In this document: in pieces, positions 25,001 through 37,000 of the stretch
Layout: each line of letters begins with the position of its first letter
Numbering within the stretch: the first letter of the stretch is position 1
Origin: Amphiscolops sp. MND2022
Lineage: Eukaryota
Length of the DNA stretch: 64,000 nucleotides
Direction: 5' to 3'
NCBI GenBank assembly: GCA_964187785.1
Contig: OZ076410.1
Location: 54,932,001 to 54,996,000, forward strand
Notes under the pieces: model-generated
The model's input: the letters and a program-made list of their open reading frames with translations, nothing else
Told to the model about the DNA's origin: nothing
The model's database searches: none
Made by a program: the position numbers and the translations under genes

Positions 25001-28000
25001 TGACCGAAGATTTAACGAGATAAATAGGCAAATCGGAGACCTTACAAACATAGTCCTCACGCTAACCAACCAGTTTGCCTCCGTTAATGGAGAAGGGAAT
25101 AGACTGAATCCAGTAACTACTAGTACTGACAGTCGTTCCGACATGGTGACAGGAGTCTCGAATCCACGACCATCAGGATCCCGAACAACACCACCCAACG
25201 GGACACCAAGGAGTGACGAAAGCATGCCGCAAATAGCAGATGTGATGACGGAAATCCACCATCTCCGAAGTACAATGGGGGAAACCTTGACGCACCCAAA
25301 AATTCTGCAGACCCAAGTACCCCTATTCAAGGGAAACCGAGACAAATACAATGAATTCGAGCATTTATTGCTCAACCACTTACGACCACATGCCCACAAA
25401 CTAACCGAAGAACAAAAACTCAACTACTTCCAGAGTCTTCTCAGGGATGATGCAATTGAGTTTTGGCAAACCCTAACAATCACAACAGAAACGACACTGA
25501 GAGATATACTGACGGCATTCAAAAAAGAATACGCAAAGGAAGAACTCTCAGAAGTCTCGAAGTTCAAATTCGACCAACTACGATACGATCCAGCTACTGA
25601 GTCATTCAGTACCTTCCTCGCCAATTACAAAAAGATTGCCAAACAAGCCTATGGCGAAAAAGCACAGGAAATCGTCCAGACTTTCCTATTTGCCAAATTA
25701 CCCATCCAGCTCCAAAACGAACTGGCAATTGCAGGAAAACACAATGCCAGCATTGAAGACATCAAAACATTCGTCCAGAGAAGATGTCAATATGCCCAGT
25801 TACTACCAAACCAACAACTGCTCCAACCGTTCAATCAGGCTATTCAGACGCAAGAAGTCCCGAACAAGCCAGTCACCCAGAAACGAAATGAAACTGATCG
25901 ACCAACAATCAAAAGGAAATTCGACGGCAACTGCAGATACTGTGCGATATACGGACACAAATGGGCAGAATGCCGAAAACGACAGCGAGACGAGGCAGCA
26001 GGTAACAACAACTCCCAGGCACAGAAAAAGCCCGAACAACAGAACAACAACCACGCAGAAACACAACCGAAATACAACGCCAAACTGGTCTGCCAAATCT
26101 GCGGATATACAGGCCATTCTGCAAAAGACTGTAGGCATAGAATACCTCAAACCTCTGCCTACGGAAGTGTGCCCTACAACAGGCAAACCACAACTGAAAA
26201 CAGGGATTTCCGACGTGACTTTAGAAGAGCACACAACAGCCCTTACCCAGCAAATGAAATGAATGACGTTGCACCAGGGGACCAACAACAACAAATCAGT
26301 GATGAATACTACCAACAGGACTTCATTGAACCATCATCTAGCCAGCCAAAAAACTTCTAAAGCCACGTCATTCGACCGACCACTACAATAACAAAGTGCG
26401 CAACACAAACAACTACTACTACACAAAAAACTACAAAAAATGGACAACTGATCTTCGGCAGGATCAGAAACCCATGACTTCAATTACCCACGAGACAACC
26501 AACAACGAAGCGAACTCCCCATCCGAACCAACGGATGTGAAATTACAACCGACAGAAGACGGACAGCACTCTAACTTGACTACGACGACTGACTGTACAA
26601 AGAAAACAACAAACCGAAAGAAGGACGTGGCGATCCAGGTGTTAACAGCAACACTTCAGTTAAACAAAAAGGACAAGATGTTATACGTCCCATTGCAATT
26701 CAGAGCATACGAAAACCATGGACTCCTCGACACGGGAGCAATAAGAAGTGCCATGTCAGAAGACGAACTCAGACGAATCCTGTCTGCACACCCAGCTGCA
26801 CTCCTTGAGGAATACCCAGCACCGGACTTCAAAGTCCAAATTGCCAATGGGAGTATCGTCCCAGTCCGGAAACAGGTATTGCTCCGCTTTTTCATCGGTG
26901 GTAAAGTATTCGAGGAAACCTTTATGATTTTACCAACCATGGGCAACATCTTGATCGGAATGTCCTTCTTCAAGAAATACTCAGTGACGCTTGACCTTGC
27001 CAATAACGTAGTCAAATTCCCAGACATTACCCTGCAACTTAAACCAGAAAGAGGACGATACAAAGTCCAGATGCTCGAACTACGTACATCGCAAAAAATA
27101 GTGGTACAACCGGATCACCAAATCATGGTCCCTGTCATAGCAGAAAAGGACCTCGGGACAATCCAGGGCACTGTAGAAACCTTTCCAGCCTTTGAAAGAA
27201 AGACCCAACTACTAGTGTCCCCCGCCTTAACACAAATCACTGAGATGAAAAGCCATGTCCAGATCACCAACCTTACCTGCCACACAATCACCCTTAACCC
27301 GAACACAACGGTGGCCACATTCAGAATAATGACCCCCAACCAGGCAAAGAACCTACAACCGATGTCAAACGAACAATTGACACTGATCACCAAATACCCA
27401 GACGAAGCTGATAATGTACTAAACCAGCTGTTCCAAGAGCCTGGCACCGAAACCAACCGTCGATGGTACCCAACACCGGAGACCTGTGACGACCCGTCCA
27501 AGTTGAACCGCATTGAAAGACGGATATACGACGAAATCACTAAACTCCGTGAAGAAGAAAAACTGGACCCAACAGCAGACGATAAACAACGCCAGGAGTT
27601 CCTTGCCAGCTTCAAATGGGAAAACTCAATCCTGGATGAGCACGAACGACAACAGATTGAGAACCTCCTTGTGAAGTATAACAATGTGTTCGCCAGACAC
27701 CGCCTTGACATAGGCATCAATACCGATTTCAAAATTAAACTTACCCCGAAGCATGATGAGCCAGTTTACGCACAGAGTTTGCCCACACCCACAAATCTCA
27801 AAGACGACCTGCTCGTCGAACTAGCGCTGATGCAAGAGTACGGGATAATCACGACGTTGCCATACAGCAAGTATTCCTCACCAATATTTGCTCAACGCAA
27901 ACCCAATGGGAAACTTCGCATTCTTGTAGACCTGCGCAGAATCAACCACCTTTTGAAAAATGATTACAACCAACATAATCATCCAGTCACCACCATCGCC

Positions 28001-31000
28001 GACGCCGCCCAGCACATGGCAGGGAAGAAGTATTTCTGCAAGCTGGACTGTTCGCAGGCGTACCACTGTTTGCAGATGGCGGACGAACAATCCATACAAC
28101 TCTTGGCATTTAATTTTGGAAGTCGAACCTTTGCTTATCTACGACTGGCACAAGGACTCAATCGATCCCTATCAGCATTCAACAGCACGGTGCGAGAATA
28201 CGTCGACGCACTGGTGAAAGCGGATAAATGTGCCCAATATGTCGACGACATTGGGATTGCTGCCCACACTGTAGATGAGCTACTGTCAAACATTGAAGCT
28301 GTGTTCCAACAAATCCAAAAAGCAGGACTGAAATTGTCGATGTCAAAATGTGCGTTTGGCCACCCACAGATCGACTTCCTCGGAAGAAGCATCACATCAA
28401 AGGGTGTTGCCCCACTCGAAGACAAGATAGACAACTTCCTCAAGAAGATCAAATTGCCCACATCAGTCAAATCCCTCCAAAGGTACATCGGGTTCGTCCA
28501 GTTCTACAGGCAGTACATACCACGCCTAGCAGAAAAACTCACCCCACTGTACAAACTACTTCAAAAAGACGTCAAATTCCAGCTGACCCAGCAGCAAAAG
28601 GACATTATCTTCGAGATTAATGAAAACCTTGCCAAAGCCGCGAAACTTTCGCTGCGTCTGCCGTTACCCGATAAACAGCTTGTTATAATGTGTGACGCCA
28701 GCGAGCATGCGGCAGGATATGTCCTCCTGATAGAAGACTACACCGAAACTAACGACGGACCAATGAAGACGTACGCACCAGTATCATTTGGATCCCAACG
28801 ATTCACGGAGGGCCAAATGTCACTTACTATGTATGCAAAAGAATTCCTGGCAATGCATTTTGCATTCGACGAATTTGCACACATACTCTGGGGTGTCAAG
28901 AAACCAACAATCGTAATGACGGACAATAAAGCACTAACCCGTTTCTTCCAGTCCAAACGAATTCCACCGAAGCTATGGAATTACTGCGATCAGACGCTTC
29001 AATTTGAATTCGTACTTGCCCATGTTCCCGGAACCGAGAATCCTGCTGCAGACTACCTGTCTCGTCTAGACATACGACCGGAGGAGAGAATCCACCTCAA
29101 ACTCAACGACGAGATACCAGTCTTCCACGTCGAGATCGATCTGGCGTCACGAACACCGAAGCAGGACGAAGAAGAAGAAGAATACATACCTGATGACCAA
29201 CAAACCACCACCACCAAACAAAATGAAGCCATCAACGCCATACTGGACCAGGTCCCCATATGCAGTGACGAATCGAGTGGACAGTTTCGCGAGAGGATTG
29301 AAACCATCCGTCATCAGATCACACCCATCATCACAGGGCAGCATGACGAGATGACGTTCACCCGATTCAGGCGAAAGCTTCATGACAACGTGGTAAACCA
29401 GGTATGCCCCAATGGGGAGTTTCAAATCATCCAGGACCAAGCCGTAAACCTTGACATCCAACGCATGATTAGAATTTTGAACCAAAAGGAAACCCTTCCT
29501 AATCATGTGAACTTTGAAAGTCAGTTTTTCCAAAAACTAGTTAAAAACAAGAAAAGACTTGAAGTAGTGAACAACGTTTTGTACAGGAACTTTTTCGATG
29601 GTACAGGTAAAATTAAGTGTAAACAAATTGTCACCCCCTCTGAAACCATTCGGAAAATCATTCAATCCCTGCATGATGACCCTCTGCAAGGTCACCCTGG
29701 CTGTAACAAAATGCTCCACGAACTGCGTAAAAGGTACTACTCACCAAACCTCTCTGAACTGGTACTGCAATACGTCTCGAACTGCCAGGACTGCATCCGC
29801 TCAAAACCAATCCGGAAAGCTGAAATCACACCACCACTCCAACAAATATACGACCCCTGCAACGGACCAGAAGACATACTAGAAATCGATTTAGTCGGTG
29901 AACTCCCACCTTCCAACGGATTCACACACATCCTCACTGCATGCGACTACTTTTCTAGGTACCTCTTCGCAATACCAATCCGTAAACCGGACACGAAGTC
30001 GGTCGTCGAAGCACTCATGCAAATCTTCACGCAGCACTCGTATGTACCCAAAACAATCTTAACTGACAAAGGAACGACATTCACATCTCAACTACTCACC
30101 GCTCTGATGGAGTCTGCCGGTATAAAAATCGAACACGCCTCTGTAAAGCACGCACAAACGATTGGGATGGTTGAACGTTCACACCAAAAACTAAAACAAA
30201 TTCTCAAAATCAACGTCTCAGCCGATTCACCACAATGGCACAAATACGTAAACATGGCCGTGATGGCCCATAACACAACCTACCACCAGGCTATCCGATG
30301 CACACCCACTGAAGTTTTCCACGGACGCATTCCGTTCAATGCTCTTGACGTCAAATTTGGCCATCCATTAACTGAACAACGCAACACCACTGACGTCACT
30401 GGAATACTAGATAACATGAACAAAAAATTCCAACAAACACATGACAACATAATCGAAGCCTTCCACAAATACAAGAATTACTACGACCGAAAAGCGCAAG
30501 CTTCACCTCTGAAAGTAAATGATTTCACCTTTCTGCTAAACAAAAGACTGTCTCAACAATCTGACAAAATTCCTTTCAAAGAATTCAAGTGGGAAGGCCC
30601 GTACAAAGTGGTAAAAGTCTTGTCCAATTCAAATTACATTATACGTAAGATTGGAACTCTTCGCACCCAATGCGTCCACAGAATGAGGCTCCGCCCATTT
30701 ACACCAAACGCACCAATTGAAGACATTCAAGACGATACATCACAATACTATGAGGATCCTGACGCCCTCAACGAGCAGGAGTTGTTCGACAACCACCTAC
30801 CCGATCACGTCCACGAACAACCACAACAAGCAATACCTGAACAATCGGACTTCGAAGAACTACATGCTGACCATGGAATGATATACTATGAACGCCATAG
30901 CCTAGAACCTGATCAAAACATTTCCATACCTGAAAGCCGAGCTGAAACACAAGAACCACAACCGGATAATGTTAGCATGAACAATTCCGAACGCCAAACA

Positions 31001-34000
31001 AACGACTGCCCTCCAGCGACATCGCGAAACACCATGTCTCGATACGGGCTCAGACACAACCCAAAACCTACCACGTACCCCGATTTCCTAATGCACGAAT
31101 TACATGGAACGCCTTCGCTTCAACAGCTGCTTCTGAAAAACAGAAACCTATAAAAACACCCACCCATAATCACACTTATTAAACCAATGACTGCTAACAA
31201 CAGTCACCAACAGCCTTTCTATCTGACCGTAAAGGTAATTGTTTTACAATTACACCCTAGTACACCAAGCATCCAGCAAACAATAGTGAAAGCTCTGAAC
31301 AACCTAGCAAACACTTCAATAAACGACCGTTCACTTCCGTCGTCGCTGTGTAAACTATCTAATCTATCAGCACCAATTGTTAGCGAAACAACCAAATAGT
31401 AAAGTAACGACTGCACAAGCCTATCATTCCAACACTCGCGGTCCGGAAGTACATGTAACGCGCAAAAGTGTGAACGATAATTTATTCAATTCGCACCAAA
31501 TTTACTACATCCACAACCGGAACTAAAGCAATTTGCTTAGCAAAATCTTGATGCATAACTAACGAAACGTGAACGAAAACAACGTTCCCTACAAACGCAA
31601 CAAACTAACAATGATGATCTGCTGCCTGGCAAACGTTAGGACAACATAACCAATACCCCACCTATCTCGCTTTAGACACATAGTTCTGGCTGTGTGGGTG
31701 CGTCGTCAAAAGCGTGCTTGTGTGGTTGGTCATACATACAGATGAAGGTTGCTCTTTAGCAACTGGATTCAGTGTTAGTTTTGTATAGGTGGTTCCGACG
31801 GGAATTCACCTTTCCCAATGAACTGAACATTTAAACTGAAAACTAATCACCAGAAACTAACAGAACGCCGGTACGAACAAGAACTTACCAACTCCCGAAA
31901 ACAATGATCGCCCGGCCCCTTACACGTAACCTAGGATGCGAAGGCTTTGCCTCTTTAGGGAAAAGAGTAAGGAGTACGCGGCCCCAAAAAGCTACTTAAC
32001 GAGGAAACCTAAACATGTCCATCCTTCCCAGCCTAACAACTTGGTACCACTGCAGTTAACATAACGTAAGAACTCGCGATCTTGACGACACACATCACGT
32101 GTGATGACGTCCCAGGACACACATCAACGATGATGACGTCGCAAACATAGACCGCTGCATGTAATAAATCGAAACACCAACATACATGTAAAGTAGTCCC
32201 TAGAACTTATAACACGTAACACTTACATGCATACCTAATAAGTCATGTATCAAGCCAAGGATCCACCCCTTGGGAATTCAGCCTTGGAAATGAGCGAGCT
32301 GCTCAGTCACGTACCTCGCGGCGCGGTGCTAAGGACCGAAAGCCACAGTCATCCTGTCTCGTTACCATTCTCGAGCATTCACGAACAACGAAGAGGAGGA
32401 CTTGACTTTCGAGTACCATGCACAGCACAGCTTGGCGCGTGAACAATTTTTATGTCGGTGGTTACCGCGGTGACCACCATAACCATCATGAACTTGCTGG
32501 AAAAATTCACTTAAGACGACGCAACAAATAGAGCGAAACACCGCATGAAACTATAGTCAAGGTATGGGTAACCCCATACAACCACCCAAGAACGATAGAG
32601 GTAGTTTAGCATCATGGACACATAGATACTCCAAAAACACGCGAAGAAGAAACCGTTTAAAACAACCCTAGATTTCACGCACTACAGAAAAACAAATCGT
32701 TCCTAGACTACATTACACCAACGAAGAAAAAATGACGAGTACATGCAGTCAGACTGAACACTACAACATGCAAAAATTCATTTTTTTTCCCTACATGCAA
32801 CAAACCGCTAATAACGCCCTAACTGCCCAGTACTACAGAAAAACAGAGAAAAGTTTTGGACGGCAGAAACCATCTAACTAAATTACTACATCATGTAAGA
32901 CCAACTCAGGCCATAATAAAACACAGCATAACATCAAAACACAATATCAATATGTAATCAACATGTAAAAAGTTCTGCAAACAAATTAGCAAGCCAAGTA
33001 GCAAAATCTGATTACTGCGACAAACCTGGAAGATAACTAATACTCTTTGGAACGACTACCATCTTCCTCATCACTGCTCTCCTCTAACGTGAAAGAACGC
33101 CCGCCAGCCGACTCAGGTTCAGTTTCAACAGTAGCTAATGTACGTTTTCCTTTCTTGCCTGGTTTCCCTCCCGTTCTCTGACCACGATTGCTTCCAGACG
33201 TCTTACAGGCAGATTTACGTTTTGAAGCTGAAGTACTCGGGCCCTCTGTTGGTAACACGACTTCAGCCTGCAACTTAGGCGCTTGCGACACAGAAAGCCT
33301 TGCTCGCCCAGGACTCCGATGAAGAGCAATTGGGCTCGAATCCATTGTGCGCAACTGATCACACACTATAGACCTATAATTGTCGACAACAGGACGAGCT
33401 GGGAGACCACCAGTCGATTCCAGAACACCCAGGCAGCGATCCAGTAGTTCATCAATACCCCTCTTGACCAGCTGGTCCCAGGGAATAGCCCTTGCTACAT
33501 CGGACAGACGAGAAACCTGCATGTCAGTATTATTGCAGTGCCTGACAAATCCAATCATAGAGCGGCGTGAATGCCCACTAAACCCACTTGACATCCAGCT
33601 CCGAACTATGTGAAGACTGGACAACATGATGCCATCACTAAGAGCAGTGTTTCCCACATCCTGGAAATTGGCGACATATGGGTCATGAAGCATCCCCACA
33701 AACAGAATCTCCATTATGCCCTGGAATTCCTGGCACCGGTCCCACGAAGGGTATGACAACCACAAGGACACGGCGTCGTCAATGACCGGCACCCCCGAGA
33801 CACTGGACTCCCAACGGCGCTGAAAATAGGTGACCACTTCCCGATATTGTTGAATGACGATGGCCCCCTGGTCTCCACTGCAAAGATCACCGAAGCTTAA
33901 CACCGAGAGCGTACCCACGAGTATGTCCGTCAAGCGATCCATGGACATCAGCTGAATCGCATGAGGATCCAACGGCAATAAGCTCAGATGCTTCACCCAC

Positions 34001-37000
34001 CCCTGATCATAGTCGCAGATGCACATTTCACAGATAGCCCTCAGGAAATTTTGTACTTCTTTGTAGAAGAACGACTTTTGACTGACAACGTCGAACCGGA
34101 AGTACTGACCAAACAACACTTCAAATCGGGCTTTGTTCACTGGCTCACTCTCTCCCAGTCGCATCTTCAGTACGGCAAGTACCTCGAAATCGGGTGGTAT
34201 TGTTGCAGACTCGACCACTAGAGACAATAACTCCCGAAGGAAAGCAGCCAGCTCACGCTCAAACCATAGGTTCCGATCCCGCCCAGCAGAACACAAACGG
34301 GGACACTTGGCAACAACTGAAACATACAGATGATCCCTGACCAACATGTTGAAACACTCAACAACACACCCTACCAGCCCGAACGTCCTAACTCCCTCAC
34401 AATCCACTCATCAACCACATAGCAGAAAGGAAAAATAACCATAGAGTGGATGTACTCGGACACAGAAATAAGCACAGCATTTATACTGACCTGTCTCAGC
34501 GAGAAACTTCAACACTGCGAACCGCGGCCTGGACATGGCATCACTGAAGACCTGCGTCTCCATACTTGCAATATTGCGGGTCTCAGAAACTGTCTGCGAA
34601 CGGTGACCACCAAAGTATGCCCCGAGATCGTCCCACCGATCCACAATTTCCGTGCACAGAACTGCTAACTCCCGGAAACATGCAGCACCACCACGAACGA
34701 ACTAAAACAAAACAGCATAAAATTATATACAGTGCATGACTAAAAGCCTCCACACCCAAGCGTACCAGTCATCACAAACGAGGAAAACACATACACACCA
34801 GACCAACCCACCCCCAACCAGAATGACTAAATACTGCTTGAATTACCTCTCGAAGTCTGGGCATATTGTCGAAGGATGACTCTCCGATGACTGCAGAAAG
34901 CCGGAACCGAAAATATTCCAAAACGCAGAAGGGTTCAAGTCCACTCAAGTGCTGCAGAAAAGTACGGCGAAGCAAGTCCCTCAACCAGACCACATCCAGA
35001 CGACGAGTCACTACAGGCATGATCGGATGTGCAATGCTCGCCAATGCCCGCCCAAGACGCAGATTCTCGCCTACGCTAATCGCACATAAACCAGCATGCG
35101 ACTCCACACAAGCCAGAACGGAGACAAGAATCCTCAGCAGGGTTTGTTCCCACTCAGCGCCACCAGGAATCGCAACCAGAACCACAACCTTGATAGTCAC
35201 AGAGGCGAAGATGTGACAGTCCACACGCTTCAATGGCCCATCAGTGCGGACATGTAAGCCAAACCGCACCCCAGAAGAGAGAAGATCACTGACTTTCTCG
35301 ACAACGAACGGATAGAGACCGTATAACACGAGACTCTGCAACAAAACGAAAACCATGTCACTCACCACATAGTAAAGCATATTTTGTTCAAAATAAGACA
35401 AACCCATTATCCAACTACGTACAAACACCACGAGACACAGGCATACCAATAGCAACTTCAAACAAAAAAAAAAAAAAGACAAAATGATAAAAAAGGTATT
35501 ACCTGACATTTCGGGTAAGATAGCGCCCTCTCAGCGAACACCAGCTCTCCCCGCATACTGCTGACCCATGACTCCATGGCTCGGACCACACTTGGAAACG
35601 TTTGAAGCTCGACGAAATTGCTTATGAAACAACAGAGCCAGAGGTACGAAGCACTAGACTCCGATAACTCGGGCTTAGCTCCTGCAGCCTCCTCCTCGCG
35701 CTCTATCGCAATTCTCTCCTCCACTGTCAGTTTCACATCAGATTCTAGGATGACAGGCGGCTCTGATACTCTCGCGGCGCGAATCCTCCTATCCTCCTCC
35801 AAGGACACAGGCCTGCAGGACTTGTCCAACAAAGGCATATTGGACATGATCCGAAAACGCTGCTCAAGCCGGGTGTGCTCACGTCCCTTCCAATGGTCCC
35901 ACAAGTTGTGCAGACCACGTCCGGCAATACTGAGATCGACGCGGCACAGACGACATCTTGCATAACCATCGACCACCCGTTTGTTCCGGGGGAAACCAAC
36001 GAAGGTCCCCACTACCCCAGACACAAAAAACGAAGGCTTGAGAGTCTTAACAGCACGCTTCCGACCTGCTAAAACACACAACACCACATGTAAAACTTCA
36101 AAAAAAAAAAAAAAAAAAAAAAAAACTGCGTTTGTCACCAACTATTAGTAGTATGTTGTATATAATTAGTCCTACCCTACCACTAAAACCCCCCACATGA
36201 TCTTTTGAGAGTTCTTACCAGGCTTTGATGTGGAGGCAACAGCACACGATGTCCCCCCAGAAGGCACAACACTTCTCTCACCAAACTCAGAGGGAACACC
36301 CGACTCTGATGGCGCACGACGATCTTCTCCACCAAAGAGGCTTCCGGCCACAGAACGTGGGAGAGATGGCACATCATCACTCCGGGAAGCAACGGGAGCG
36401 TGACGCAGATCTTGTATTGCCTCTTTCAGCTTACTTAAGAACTCCTCCACAGCAAGGGCACCCACTGTCCCCAGTTGGCCGAGGCGGGACTCTACTGCAG
36501 CTTTCACCCAATGCTGTATCTCTTTCTCCACACGACGGAACAATTCAGCGAATTGCCCCTCGACGACCTCAGCTCTGATGTTTGCATCTGCAAAGTTATC
36601 CACAACTCACAGAACTTACCTTGGACTCAATGCCTGAAGACCCCTATCATCAATTTATTATAGAACAGCAAACCACACACGGCGTGCAATTGGTACTTTG
36701 GACAAAAGCCCCCCCCCTACGAATAACCTAGATTATAATGCTAACAACAAATAACTGGGTAACAGCTAATAGCCTTTGATACCAGAAAAATGTGAATAAA
36801 CCTACCCATATGAGATGACAGAAAGGCATCTAGACGATGAAGGATGGACGCCGAATCTATTCCTGGACTCCCAACAGTCCCAGCAGCAACCGAAGCACGA
36901 TACCGACGTAAATAGTCGGTCACGTCTGACATGTTGACATCGGCTACAAGAACGCAATACCCTTAGTTACAAGATTATGACCAAACACTCCCTAACACTA

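Noticed and set aside
24992-30959. Many 60-205 aa minus-strand ORFs overlapping gag and pol
   Set aside because: Expected shadow ORFs of long coding sequence; no motifs and no phase-consistent splice chain, unlike 33037-37311.
32240-32480. Self-cleaving ribozyme in the GC-rich island
   Set aside because: No hammerhead (CUGANGA...GAAA), twister or HDV-like core could be assembled by eye.
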